Virus record (IMG/VR): IMGVR_UViG_3300017912_001273
Span: 1-64,000 of that record
Reading direction: 5' to 3' (one strand)
DNA from: a virus
Lineage: Duplodnaviria; Caudoviricetes
DNA: 64,000 nucleotides
Position numbers and translations under genes: made by a program. The notes below the pieces were generated by a model. That model was not told the origin of the DNA and did no database searches. It was given only the letters and a program-made list of their open reading frames with translations. Below are positions 1 to 10,091 of this stretch, in pieces. Numbering within the stretch: the stretch's first letter is position 1; each line of letters opens with the position of its first letter.

Positions 1-89
1 AATATTGCTTGATTCAAATTACTTTGTGCCTCACGTACTTCTTTAAGTTCTTTAGCAGTTAATTTTTTTGCTTTTGCTTTTTTTGCCAT
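1..89 (-). CDS. Hypothetical protein, 5' part only (runs off window)
   Basis: ATG at 89, reads MAKKAKAKKLTAKELKEVREAQSNLNQAI; TATATTTG box upstream at 111-118. Confidence 0.6.
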   Translation of the reverse strand, partial: MAKKAKAKKLTAKELKEVREAQSNLNQAI

Positions 90-122
90 TTTGTTGATTT
101 TAAATTGTTACAAATATATAAA

Positions 123-542
123 TTATTTCCAAGATATTTCCGTCACAATTTTTGGTGTTTTAGAAAATAACTCTTCTTGTACTATTTCCTTCAAAGATAA
201 TAAATACTTTTCAGATATTTTAGATTTTAAATAGTTAATTACTTCTTTTTTTTCTAGTTTTTTATAGTCACTAGTACTTATTTTATCTTTAGGATCAAAA
301 ACTACAGCCAATGCACCTTGTGCAACAGCTGTCTTTTTTTTCTTGTATTTACCTACTGATCCATGTAATTCATATATAATTTCTTCTATGGAGTCATCTT
401 GTCTTGTTACCAAAGATACAATTTCCCAGCTATACACAATATCTTTTATAGTGGGTTCAGTAGATTTTTTAACAACTTTTTTGGTTGTTTTTTTAGCTCG
501 TGGTTTTTTTACCACTTTCTTTTTGGTTTTTTTTACAGCCAT
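123..542 (-). CDS. Tail-fibre-associated protein with Lys-rich N-terminal extension
   Basis: ORF track; MAVKKTKKKVVKKPRAKKTTKK head; core resembles the neighbouring 108-aa ORF; downstream of fibre gene. Confidence 0.5.
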   Translation of the reverse strand: MAVKKTKKKVVKKPRAKKTTKKVVKKSTEPTIKDIVYSWEIVSLVTRQDDSIEEIIYELHGSVGKYKKKKTAVAQGALAVVFDPKDKISTSDYKKLEKKEVINYLKSKISEKYLLSLKEIVQEELFSKTPKIVTEISWK

Positions 543-577
543 TATATATAGAGTTTTCCCAAATATAATAAATTTAT

Positions 578-904
578 TTATTCAGAATAAGTAAATTTAA
601 GAGTTTCTTCTTCATCTAAAGCTAGTTCCTCAACATTTGCAATACATAAAGCCTCTAAAGGATCTGACTGAGGTTTTGCCCACTCTAATACTTTAGCTTC
701 AAACTCTGCTGAATCTTCAAACTCTACAAAGTTATCTACATCTTCTGGTAGTAAACCTATATATTGTACACCAGGCTCTGTATGTGTATATGTGCCGTCT
801 GTTGCAGTAACGTCAAAGTAAATTTGTTCAATAACATGATTTTTTCCTAACCATGTTTTTTTACCTTTCATTGCTGTTATTTTTACTGATGTTGTTATTG
901 CCAT
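578..904 (-). CDS. Tail-fibre-associated protein (possible assembly chaperone)
   Basis: Directly follows the 1241-aa fibre gene; MAITTSVKITAMK...FVEFE...VLEW pattern of small post-fibre phage proteins. Confidence 0.5.
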   Translation of the reverse strand: MAITTSVKITAMKGKKTWLGKNHVIEQIYFDVTATDGTYTHTEPGVQYIGLLPEDVDNFVEFEDSAEFEAKVLEWAKPQSDPLEALCIANVEELALDEEETLKFTYSE

Positions 905-915
905 AATTTATTATT

Positions 916-3900
916 TTAAGTTAAAGTCTGATCTGGATTAGTTCTCCATATATCCAGATTTATTACTGTATATTCTACTGTTATATACCAAGTAGGTTGA
1001 TTAAAAGCATAAATAGCTGAAGGTAACATTAGTTTTACAGGAGAATTTGTTGTACCTCTTTGTTCATTCTGTGGATTATTAAATGCATATAGATTTTGAT
1101 AAGCATTATAATACCATACACCATCACCGTTTATAATAGTAGTTCTTGGTACACCTCCCAAAATACTATATGAACCATTTGCTGTTTGTTGAACAAATTC
1201 TACAGCATATGTATTACTTGACCATCCTGAACCTTTAGTACTTCCAGCTTTATGTACAAATATATCTTTAACTATTAATACTTTGGTAGAACCCGGAGAT
1301 GGTGTTATATTAACACCATTTGAAGATCCAGAAGCTGTTGGCCAACCTCCTTGTTCTATCTTAGTGGTGTATCTATATGTTGCCATTACAACTTTACCAC
1401 CTGTTCCAAAACCTGCTGTAGCTCTTACTAAACCTGTATTTGCTGAACCTGATAACCAAGTATCTTTATTAGTAGGTGTGTAAGCACCCATCTTAACATA
1501 TCTAGGCCCAGATCCCCCTTCTACAAAGAAGTTTTGTTCTGTTGTATTACCTACATTTAATTCATTCCTTGCTCTAAATGTTCCATTAACATCAAATGCA
1601 GATCCAGGAGTTGTAGTTCTAAATCCTGTTTTTTTATTTACTAAATCTAAATACCAAGTAGGATTAGCTGGATCAGCACCAAAAGTCATGATACCTGCTC
1701 CAGTTATTTGTGTTCTTAAAGTATCGTTTGTTTTAGTTAATAATGAAGCGTTATCTTGAGTATTAATTGAAAAAGTTCCAGTACCTCTGTGCGTAATATT
1801 TGATGAAGTATTTGCACCAGTATTACCCCTAATTATTCTTAATCCATAATCAGTGTAAGTAGTATCACCAACAAAGTCAATATAAGCATAACCATTTCCT
1901 GATCTACCAGCACCTACCTCAATATTATATTCTGAATCTGAAGATCCTCCTAATGTTAGAGTATTGCCATTCCATGTAAATTCAGAACTAGAAGTTATAC
2001 TTGAACCTCCATTCCAATAAGCTACTCTATTTGCTGAACCACTACCAGTAATTGAGCCGTTTCCAGTACCTGCACCTATTAAGTTTCTAACTTCAGCAGC
2101 AGTAATACCTGTATTTAAACTTGGTGTAGATCCGTTAGATAATATTGCTGGTACACCCGTGTCTGGTGATGAGTTTGTAATTGTAACTGCACCAGTTGAT
2201 GAGGTTAAACTTATTCCAGTACTAGCAGCAAGAGAAGTTACACCTGTATTAGTAATTGTAATTGTACCTCCACTTGAGGTTGATGTCATTTCTGACTGTA
2301 TTCCTGTGCCTTGTGCTATTGTAACAGTCTCTCCATTTGTTACACTTGTTGATTCAGTGCCATTACCTTCTTTGATAGTCCATGATGACATTGATCCACT
2401 TCCAGTACCCGCACCAATCAAACTTCTCACCTCTGCTGCTGTAATACCAGTGTTTAGTGAAGGGCTTGCTCCATCAGATAAAATAGCTGGTGTACCAGTA
2501 TCATTTATAACACCTAAATTACTTCTTGCATCAGCAGCATTTGATGCACCAGTACCACCATTAGCCACAGATAAATCTGTTCCACTCCAGTCATCATTGC
2601 TAATAGCTAATGTTCCTCCTAATGTTAAGTCTCCAGCGGATGTTACTGTACCAGTTAATGTTATTCCATTTACATTACCAGTTCCACCAACAGATGTTAC
2701 ACTTCCACTTCCAGTTCCAGCTCCAATATCACTAAGCACTTGAGCTGCAGTTCTTGTTTTAATTATACCACTATCACTTGTTAAAAATACTGTTGCAGCA
2801 GTAGATTTAGCATTTAAAGTATTAAGTGTTGTACCACTACTATTAAATCCTATTCGTTTAGTTCCCCCTGTTGATATTTCTAAATTATCTGCAGCTGAAC
2901 TGTATATACCTGTATTAGTATCTCCAGCTCCAGTTCCACTTCTTTGTCCAAAGTTAATACCTGGTTTAGATACTGTACCTGGTGTAATTTGTAAATTAGA
3001 ACTATTTGAAGTACCAGAACCTTCAAATTCAAATATAGTTACCCCACCATCATTTTGTATTTTGAAAGGATAACTTGCTGTATCCTGTAAAAAAGTACCA
3101 GTAGCAGATTCAAAAAATCTTCCATTAGTTATAGAAGTTGAACCATTAAATTTTACACTTCTACCTGATGTGCCTGATCCAGTAATTGTTCCATTGCCTG
3201 ATCCTGCACCAATTAATGATCTAACTTCAGCTGCAGTTATTCCGCTATTCAAACTTGGTGTAGAGCCATCAGATAATATGGCAGGTGTTCCGGTGTCAGG
3301 AGCACTGTTAGTTATTGTAAAAATACCATTACCTCCTGAACCAGTTAATCCTACACTTATACCTGTGCTTGCATTTAAAGTTAATGTACCACCGTTAGTA
3401 ATAGAACCAGTTGAACTTCCATCAGAAACACTAAAACTGCTCATTGATCCAGTACCTGCACCAATATCACTTCTAACTTGTGCACCAGTTCTATACTTTA
3501 CTACACCGCTATCACTAACTAAAAACTTGTCAGTATCAGAACTAGCATTAGCTATACTACTAATAGTTGTTGATCCTGTTACAGAAACACCTGATGATGT
3601 TGTTTCAAACTTTTTACTATTGTTATGTTTCAGATTAACACCAGTATCTCCATTAATATCAATATTACTATCTGAATCTATATATATAGGGTAATAACCT
3701 TTAATATATGATACATCTGGTTCATGATAAATTTCAAGATCTAAAGAGTTAGCATTTGTAGAGTTACCAAAAACTAAACGTGAATAATCAGGAAATCTAG
3801 TATATACATCTGGATTACCTGTTTGAGCCATGCTACTATCTAATAGAAAATAAGTTGAACTAGTATTATCACCTTCATCAATATCTGCTTGAAATAATAT

Positions 3901-4641
3901 GTCTGCATTAGCTCCAACTGCTTTTATAACTAAATCTCTATATGTGCCTTGAGTAGTAATTTCATTATCATCAAACTTAACCGGTATAGTATGTGGAAGA
4001 GTAATTCCAGTACCAGTAGATGACATAGTACCACCACTAAGCTGTAGATATCTTCCATCTAAATCAACAGTAAGAGAACTTAAACCTTGTCTGCCTAATG
4101 TTAAAATACCATTACCTGTGTTGAATGAAACACTACTTACATAATTATTGGTATTAATCATATTTCCAAGTGCTTCTAATTCTAACTGTTGATTAATATT
4201 ATTTACATCATCATTATTATGAATGATCATACTAATAGAAGCAGTATCTGCACCAGATGCAGTACCAGTATAATTAGGTAAACTTTCTGGATCTAATCCT
4301 AAAGTAGCTGTACCACCTGAATATCCAAGACGTAAACCATCATAGGCTCCTCCTCCATTAATATTAACATTACCAGCACCTATTGCAGATGCAGTTGCAG
4401 TAGTAATACTTATTGTACCAGATCCTGTGATTGTTCCACCTTGTATTGGAGAAGTTGTTGCAATAGAAGTTACACTACCTGAACCAGCTCCTATATCTGA
4501 CTTAACTTGTGCTTTTGTCCTATATTTGAGAGCTGAACCATCCCATACAACAATACCGGTATATGTAGCATCATCATTAGATATAGAAGATACTGAGAGT
4601 GTACCTGTAACTTCAGAATTATTTAAGAATTTTATTGCCAT
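916..4641 (-). CDS. Long tail fibre protein with internal repeats (1241 aa)
   Basis: G/S/T-rich; repeats DTGxPAILSxGxxPSLNxGITAAEVRxLIGAG x3 and RTxAQVxSDIGAGxGS x3; LSVANGGTGA fibre motif. Confidence 0.85.
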   Translation of the reverse strand: MAIKFLNNSEVTGTLSVSSISNDDATYTGIVVWDGSALKYRTKAQVKSDIGAGSGSVTSIATTSPIQGGTITGSGTISITTATASAIGAGNVNINGGGAYDGLRLGYSGGTATLGLDPESLPNYTGTASGADTASISMIIHNNDDVNNINQQLELEALGNMINTNNYVSSVSFNTGNGILTLGRQGLSSLTVDLDGRYLQLSGGTMSSTGTGITLPHTIPVKFDDNEITTQGTYRDLVIKAVGANADILFQADIDEGDNTSSTYFLLDSSMAQTGNPDVYTRFPDYSRLVFGNSTNANSLDLEIYHEPDVSYIKGYYPIYIDSDSNIDINGDTGVNLKHNNSKKFETTSSGVSVTGSTTISSIANASSDTDKFLVSDSGVVKYRTGAQVRSDIGAGTGSMSSFSVSDGSSTGSITNGGTLTLNASTGISVGLTGSGGNGIFTITNSAPDTGTPAILSDGSTPSLNSGITAAEVRSLIGAGSGNGTITGSGTSGRSVKFNGSTSITNGRFFESATGTFLQDTASYPFKIQNDGGVTIFEFEGSGTSNSSNLQITPGTVSKPGINFGQRSGTGAGDTNTGIYSSAADNLEISTGGTKRIGFNSSGTTLNTLNAKSTAATVFLTSDSGIIKTRTAAQVLSDIGAGTGSGSVTSVGGTGNVNGITLTGTVTSAGDLTLGGTLAISNDDWSGTDLSVANGGTGASNAADARSNLGVINDTGTPAILSDGASPSLNTGITAAEVRSLIGAGTGSGSMSSWTIKEGNGTESTSVTNGETVTIAQGTGIQSEMTSTSSGGTITITNTGVTSLAASTGISLTSSTGAVTITNSSPDTGVPAILSNGSTPSLNTGITAAEVRNLIGAGTGNGSITGSGSANRVAYWNGGSSITSSSEFTWNGNTLTLGGSSDSEYNIEVGAGRSGNGYAYIDFVGDTTYTDYGLRIIRGNTGANTSSNITHRGTGTFSINTQDNASLLTKTNDTLRTQITGAGIMTFGADPANPTWYLDLVNKKTGFRTTTPGSAFDVNGTFRARNELNVGNTTEQNFFVEGGSGPRYVKMGAYTPTNKDTWLSGSANTGLVRATAGFGTGGKVVMATYRYTTKIEQGGWPTASGSSNGVNITPSPGSTKVLIVKDIFVHKAGSTKGSGWSSNTYAVEFVQQTANGSYSILGGVPRTTIINGDGVWYYNAYQNLYAFNNPQNEQRGTTNSPVKLMLPSAIYAFNQPTWYITVEYTVINLDIWRTNPDQTLT
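2062..3298 (-). repeat. Three ~34-aa coding repeats in the fibre (approx. 2062-2164, 2400-2503, 3196-3298)
   Basis: DTGVPAILSNGSTPSLNTGITAAEVRNLIGAGTG / DTGTPAILSDGASPSLNTGITAAEVRSLIGAGTG / DTGTPAILSDGSTPSLNSGITAAEVRSLIGAGSG. Confidence 0.9.
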
Positions 4642-4657
4642 ACCGGTATATTTTTTA

Positions 4658-4672
4658 TCAAAAGTACAAAAT
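4658..4672 (-). promoter_or_regulatory. Bacteroidota-type -7 promoter box TACTTTTG
   Basis: ATTTTGTACTTTTGA on minus strand, identical 15-mer at 11865-11879; fits TAnnTTTG. Confidence 0.6.
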
Positions 4673-4686
4673 ATAAATGTATTTTG

Positions 4687-4715
4687 AAAGGATAGCTATT
4701 GTAACTATCCTTTCT
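4687..4715 (-). terminator. Hairpin/terminator after 772-aa fibre gene
   Basis: Inverted repeat GAAAGGATAG...CTATCCTTTC. Confidence 0.6.
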
Positions 4716-4726
4716 AATACTTTATA

Positions 4727-7045
4727 TTATCTTACCTTACTAACTAAAACTCTTAATGAATTTGCCGTTTGTGTTTGGGCAGTAGAAAGAGTTAAGCTAT
4801 ATGGAGATGATGTGTCTCTAGTTACATCTACATATACAGTAGCACCACTTGATATTTCATATACTTGTACTATAACATCTGCAGTGTCTAGACCATGAGC
4901 AACTGTCCAACTTGTTGTGTTACTTGCTGGGTATGTTCCTGCAAAGCCTTGTGCATCTATATGTGATTTTAATGTAGCTGGTGATACAAATAAGTGATCT
5001 CCTGCTGTACCTGCATCAACTTCTGCTTGAGTTGCTGTTTCAGCTACACCTCTAGAAGTTTTTGTTGCATCAGGTAATGTTCTTGTAGAGTGTGATTGAA
5101 TTACACCATCAGTCATATTTAACTGATCAATTACATCAACACCTGAAGTATTAATATCATCATCAGTACCAATAATGTAATTAGGAGTATTTGCTAACAT
5201 AGCATTTGATATACCACCTGATTTAATTGTGATAAATCCATTTGCTGTTGCTGAGAAAGAAGCACTGCTAAATCCAGCAACACCTTTTTCTGTTGCTCCA
5301 TCTGTTGCACCTGTACCTGCAATGTTTTGATCTTGTATAACTATACTATAAGCATTTTCAGCTGGATTAGAATTTGCACTAATATCAGCATTAGCATAAA
5401 TCATATCACCAACTTCTACAGCTACACTACTACCATTGAAAGCAATAGTACCATCTGTAGTAACAACAAAGAAGTCACCTTGAGTAAGTGCAACGTTACT
5501 TGCACCTGCTATTGCTGGTGAGTTTACAGATGCATTATATCCTCCTTGGAATACACCAACTCCAGCAACAAGTGATTGAACTTGTCCTAAGTTAACACCA
5601 TCTGTAGCAGCAGTACCATTTGCAACTGAAGTAAGTTTATTACCATTTATACTTAAATTACTAGTAGGTACTCCAAGAATGCTTAATGAAACATCAACAA
5701 GAGCATAGCTTCTTGTCTCACCACTACCTGAAGACTCTAAACCAACTAATATGAAATCATCAGCATCTGGGTTTCCAGTTCCACCTGGTGCATCAGCTAC
5801 AAGCCCATTAGCACCATAATCTACTAATATTGTAGGATTAACAGTGCTTGTACCTGTCTGAGTTAAACCAGCTCCAGCAGTTACACTTGTTACTGTACCT
5901 ACTGTTAAGGTCCCTAAACTACCATTACCTAATACAACTTGTGAAGCTGTTCCAGCACCTGTTACTGTAAGTGTCCCAGAACTTGTTACAGGTGAATTAG
6001 CAACACTAAATGCTGAGGGCATAGATAATCCTACACTTGTAACTGTTCCTGAAGTATTTGTAAATGGTAAATTAGATATTAAGAATTTTTTTGTTGAGTT
6101 ATCTGTTGAATCTACACCAGCTATAAAATCTGCTGCTACAGGAGTAGCTGCAGTTAACTCATTAAGATCTAAACTATAGGTTAATGTATTTGGTGATCCA
6201 CTAGCTGCAACAGCATCTAATCCTGCTCCACCTATAAAGTTTACTGTTTCACCATCACCAATATCTACTGCAGTACCACCATCACCAACTAATTTCCAGT
6301 CTGTATATGCTCCAGCAGGAGTTGCCCAAACGTTGTCACCTCTAAGGAAGGTAGTAGCACCTGGAGAACCAGTTGCAGAAAGATCTGCCGTAATTGTACC
6401 TGTAGTTGTAATAGTACCTCCTGATACATCTACAAATGTACCATTAGAAGTAGCTACAGATGTAACTGTACCATCTGCTCCAAATCCAGGCATTGCTGAA
6501 ATAAGAGCTTTTTTAATTGTGTTATCAGTTGCATCAGAGAACCATAGTGTGTCAGCACCAGCAGGAGTAGCTGCAGTTGCTGCTAAAATTGCGTTGTCTG
6601 TACCAGCATAATCAATGTTTACTGTAGGAGTAACTGATCCTGATCCAGTTATTGTAATACCACTTCCACCTGATACAGAAGTAACTGTACCAACATTAGA
6701 TGTTGCAGTAGTACTTAGTGTTAATTTAGCACTATTAGTTCTTGTAACACTAATTAAACCACTTCCTGCAATTTCTACATCATCAGTAGTACCATCAGAT
6801 CCTGTTAATCTTATTTTTGTAGTACTCGCAGGAACATCTAAACCATATGTAGTGTCACCATCTGATCCTGTTTGAATGCTTACCCAATTTCCGTTTTCAC
6901 GTAGCCTTAGTTTGTTAAGGCCAGTATCATAATAAAGCTGACCATCTCCATAGACTGTAGGGGCACTCCCTAAGTTTTGGATTCTAGCTAATTCTAGCTG
7001 ATTCCCAACTAAGGTAATATTATTTAAAAATTTAATACTTGCCAT
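4727..7045 (-). CDS. Tail fibre protein (772 aa)
   Basis: GTVTSV repeats, TFLRGDNVWATP, VANGTAATDGVNLGQ neck motif, ATKTSRGVAETATQAEVDAG phage fibre repeat. Confidence 0.85.
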   Translation of the reverse strand: MASIKFLNNITLVGNQLELARIQNLGSAPTVYGDGQLYYDTGLNKLRLRENGNWVSIQTGSDGDTTYGLDVPASTTKIRLTGSDGTTDDVEIAGSGLISVTRTNSAKLTLSTTATSNVGTVTSVSGGSGITITGSGSVTPTVNIDYAGTDNAILAATAATPAGADTLWFSDATDNTIKKALISAMPGFGADGTVTSVATSNGTFVDVSGGTITTTGTITADLSATGSPGATTFLRGDNVWATPAGAYTDWKLVGDGGTAVDIGDGETVNFIGGAGLDAVAASGSPNTLTYSLDLNELTAATPVAADFIAGVDSTDNSTKKFLISNLPFTNTSGTVTSVGLSMPSAFSVANSPVTSSGTLTVTGAGTASQVVLGNGSLGTLTVGTVTSVTAGAGLTQTGTSTVNPTILVDYGANGLVADAPGGTGNPDADDFILVGLESSGSGETRSYALVDVSLSILGVPTSNLSINGNKLTSVANGTAATDGVNLGQVQSLVAGVGVFQGGYNASVNSPAIAGASNVALTQGDFFVVTTDGTIAFNGSSVAVEVGDMIYANADISANSNPAENAYSIVIQDQNIAGTGATDGATEKGVAGFSSASFSATANGFITIKSGGISNAMLANTPNYIIGTDDDINTSGVDVIDQLNMTDGVIQSHSTRTLPDATKTSRGVAETATQAEVDAGTAGDHLFVSPATLKSHIDAQGFAGTYPASNTTSWTVAHGLDTADVIVQVYEISSGATVYVDVTRDTSSPYSLTLSTAQTQTANSLRVLVSKVR

Positions 7046-7075
7046 AACTTTGTTTTTTAATTTCTATATATAATT

Positions 7076-7621
7076 TTAATTTAAATATGCACATCCGTTA
7101 AATGCAGAACCAAATGTTAATACTAAAACATTAGAGTTAGTATATGCTACATTTCCCACAACAACTGTATTTCCACTATCAACAACTGTGACTGATGGAA
7201 ATTTACCTAGATTATGCGTAATAGTCCACTGTGCTAATGGAAGGTCTTGACAGAATACAAATGTTCCAGTATCTGCTATAATTTGCTCCAGATCTAGAAC
7301 AGTACAAACATTAGTTGGTATTTCTGGACAAGATTGACTTGCCTTAACATTTACCTTAGCTAATGGTTCTACAAAAGTTCCAGATACGCCTGACGCAACT
7401 ACAACTTTTGATGAAGCTGCATTTTGCCAATCACATAATTTCTTATTTACTATAGCGTCTTCAAAATCAGTATAGCAGCATGAGTCTATACCAAATTTAA
7501 CTGTCTTAAAATTTGCATATGCTTGATTTGCAAAATTTTGTTCAGTCTTAATCCTCTTCAATAAAGAAAGCTCCTTCTGCTTTGCAGAGTTACTTGATGC
7601 TACTATTGTTGATGATGCCAT
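7076..7621 (-). CDS. Virion structural protein (tail hub-like by synteny)
   Basis: C-terminal WTITHNLGKFPSVTVVD domain; position between auxiliary capsid gene and fibres. Confidence 0.5.
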   Translation of the reverse strand: MASSTIVASSNSAKQKELSLLKRIKTEQNFANQAYANFKTVKFGIDSCCYTDFEDAIVNKKLCDWQNAASSKVVVASGVSGTFVEPLAKVNVKASQSCPEIPTNVCTVLDLEQIIADTGTFVFCQDLPLAQWTITHNLGKFPSVTVVDSGNTVVVGNVAYTNSNVLVLTFGSAFNGCAYLN

Positions 7622-7623
7622 AA

Positions 7624-7803
7624 TTATTTGTTTCTTAAATCTTGTATCTGCTGTCTAGCCAATTCAAGTCCTAGGTCTCTGGATGTATCTAACTTTGCAT
7701 CTGCTTTTGCTTTACATTGTTTACAAACCACAACCCCATTTCCTAAACTAGCTTTTTGGCATCCACAAGTAAATACTTTACCACAGTGTGCACAATTTGC
7801 CAT
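7624..7803 (-). CDS. 59-aa Cys-rich (Zn-binding) protein, not in ORF track
   Basis: Manual translation MANCAHCGKVFTCGCQKASLGNGVVVCKQCKAKADAKLDTSRDLGLELARQQIQDLRNK; fills the operon gap. Confidence 0.75.
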   Translation of the reverse strand: MANCAHCGKVFTCGCQKASLGNGVVVCKQCKAKADAKLDTSRDLGLELARQQIQDLRNK

Positions 7804-7815
7804 TTCTTATTGGTT

Positions 7816-8391
7816 TTACATTAAATATTTTGAACTTGAACCACAGTTACCTGAAGGACAAGCTATTTTTTCCAATCTATTTTTAGCATAATTATAGAGT
7901 TGCATTCCCTGTGCAGCTGCTTGACAGTATTCTACATTTGATACTGCTGCATCTATCATAGTTCTTATATAATACATCTCTGCTAATATTGCTTGTTTAT
8001 CTGAATCTGGTTGACACGCCTGTACATCTAAGTCACATAATACTTCATAGTATCTTGTAAGTAACTTAGTTACTCTTAAATGATTATATTCTACATAAAC
8101 TTTAGAGTTAGGAGATACACTATATTTTACAATGTATATTCCATCAGGTATATGTTCAGTCTTTGTACCACAGTCTTCCTTCTGTAATGCAAGTGTACAT
8201 GCCGTAAGGCACATATCAAATTCTTTGTCAACTTTGATTAAAACAGGTACAGTGTACCCAGGCAATGTTATTAATAATTCCTCACAATCTACTGCTAGCT
8301 GTTTAGAGTATTGACTAGTATCTTTTATGCATAGTAGATCACAATTAGATACCGTTGGAATCTCTAAACTTAATATATGTTTGTTTGCCAT
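7816..8391 (-). CDS. Virion structural protein (tail hub-like by synteny)
   Basis: IPDGIYIVKYSVSP motif, Cys-rich; crAss-like gene order. Confidence 0.5.
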   Translation of the reverse strand: MANKHILSLEIPTVSNCDLLCIKDTSQYSKQLAVDCEELLITLPGYTVPVLIKVDKEFDMCLTACTLALQKEDCGTKTEHIPDGIYIVKYSVSPNSKVYVEYNHLRVTKLLTRYYEVLCDLDVQACQPDSDKQAILAEMYYIRTMIDAAVSNVEYCQAAAQGMQLYNYAKNRLEKIACPSGNCGSSSKYLM

Positions 8392-8418
8392 TTCTTATAA
8401 CTTTAGTACACTATATAG

Positions 8419-8426
8419 ATAATATA
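8419..8426 (-). promoter_or_regulatory. Variant -7 box TATATTAT
   Basis: TATATTAT upstream of a structural gene; also at 10055-10062 and 15314-15321. Confidence 0.5.
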
Positions 8427-8451
8427 CAAAAAAATCAAGAATATATAAAAT

Positions 8452-8482
8452 AAAAAGAGCAGGAGTTTTTGGCCCCTGCTCT
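8452..8482 (-). terminator. Rho-independent terminator
   Basis: AGAGCAGG-loop-CCTGCTCT followed by TTTT on minus strand. Confidence 0.8.
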
Positions 8483-8507
8483 AATTAAGTTTAAGAAAAA
8501 CAATATC

Positions 8508-9992
8508 TTACCAGTAAGTATTACTTGTTTGGAAAGGTACTTTGTTTCCATTATCACCAGCCCATGCAGATAAACCTTCAAATAAGTCATCTAACTGACC
8601 TTGTGCAGCAGCATCAGAACACTTTACATAAATCTTGTAAACGTACTGATCATTGTCAAACACACCAGTTGGGTTGTTAAATCTAGGCACAGAATGCTTG
8701 ATGTAATATGCTCTATAAGTAGCACTTCTATCTACAGCAGCTAACAATTCATCAGACATTTCAATTTCTCTGATTCTTGCACTACTAGCATTACCTTGAT
8801 TGTAAGGGCTTTGTCTGTATCTCTCTGACAAAATTAGATCTCTAATTACTTGCTCACCTTGAGTTTGTTGCATTGATCCTGGAGTAGATGAAGCAACACC
8901 ACAGTCATTACATGGGTTACCAGTTTCATCTAATTGAGAAACAATAATCTCAACAGGCTCAGCATTAAAATGATCTCTAGTATCAAAAGAGCAGTTTCCA
9001 AATACAGTGTCTACATATGCACCAACAAAAGATACTTTTGCAGATACTTTTACTGCACCGTGAGGATCAGTTGATGGTACGTATGCACCAGCTCCTTCAC
9101 CTTTACCCTCTGCAATAGTGTATGCTTCTTGTATAACTTCACCAGCAGAATCAGTTTTAGATACAACTAATCCACCAGCTACAACTTCAGTTACAAGGAA
9201 GTCAGCGTCTCCGCCACCACCAGCTGCAGTTAATACATCATTGACTGCGTAGCCTGATCCTACATCTGCAATAGAGAATGTAGCAACAGCACCACCAGCA
9301 ACACTATCAATATTAATTTTAGCACCTGATCCAGATCCACCTGTAGTTGCTACACCTGATGCAACAGCATAACCTGATCCACCAGCAGATAAAGTAGCAG
9401 CTCCAACAGCATTTAGTTTTTGCTCAGCTACAAAAGGTTTGATTAGAGGATCAGCTAAAGCCATATCAGCCATATTAGCTAATACTAATGCTGGGTCAAT
9501 ATATTCTTGACCATCTATACAACATACATTTGCTGAGTCAGCAATTGCATAAGCATTGTGATTTAAAAATCTTAATGCTGGAGATCCTTTAACGTCAATT
9601 CTCATAAATTGAGTTTTACCACAAGGAGCACAATCAGAAGCTAATGATAAGCTTGCTGTTGCGTTTGATGCAGTAAGACAGTTAGTTCTCCATAATTCAG
9701 TAATGTACTTAGGATTAATTCCTTTTGACTTTACTGATTCTTTGTAACCACCATGTCCTGGATTGTTTCCAATAGTGTCTTTAGAATAGAAGGATCCTTG
9801 GACAATGTAAGCAAGTTCACCTGCAGTTACAGCTGGTACACCAGCTCCACCAGGTAATGCTACGGATTCCCAATCTGCTCCATCTACTAAAGCTAACTGA
9901 CCGGCAGTCAAAGCACTTGTTGCAGTATTAGCAGTTAATAACGTGCTATCTGCAATAAACGTCTTGATAAACGAATGATTAAAATAAGCCAT
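8508..9992 (-). CDS. Virion structural protein, probable auxiliary capsid protein (494 aa)
   Basis: Ala/Gly-rich, own terminator, crAss-like position downstream of MCP and ring gene; internal GGSGY beta-rich insertion. Confidence 0.55.
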   Translation of the reverse strand: MAYFNHSFIKTFIADSTLLTANTATSALTAGQLALVDGADWESVALPGGAGVPAVTAGELAYIVQGSFYSKDTIGNNPGHGGYKESVKSKGINPKYITELWRTNCLTASNATASLSLASDCAPCGKTQFMRIDVKGSPALRFLNHNAYAIADSANVCCIDGQEYIDPALVLANMADMALADPLIKPFVAEQKLNAVGAATLSAGGSGYAVASGVATTGGSGSGAKINIDSVAGGAVATFSIADVGSGYAVNDVLTAAGGGGDADFLVTEVVAGGLVVSKTDSAGEVIQEAYTIAEGKGEGAGAYVPSTDPHGAVKVSAKVSFVGAYVDTVFGNCSFDTRDHFNAEPVEIIVSQLDETGNPCNDCGVASSTPGSMQQTQGEQVIRDLILSERYRQSPYNQGNASSARIREIEMSDELLAAVDRSATYRAYYIKHSVPRFNNPTGVFDNDQYVYKIYVKCSDAAAQGQLDDLFEGLSAWAGDNGNKVPFQTSNTYW

Positions 9993-10091
9993 AATTTCTA
10001 GTTTTTAATAAATAAATAAATAAATAAATGATAAGGGTTTTAAACCTTATATATATAATATACAAATTTCTTCATATATCACATAATTTTT

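Noticed and set aside
2062-3298. Repeats as a CRISPR array or DGR template/variable repeats
   Set aside because: In-frame protein repeats differing mainly at synonymous sites with irregular spacing; no cas operon or reverse transcriptase in the window.
1283-6875. Plus-strand ORFs opposite the fibre genes (also 14802-15317, 59766-63382 and similar)
   Set aside because: Antisense shadows of G/S/T-rich or acidic minus-strand genes; Val/Pro/Ser-rich with no motifs.
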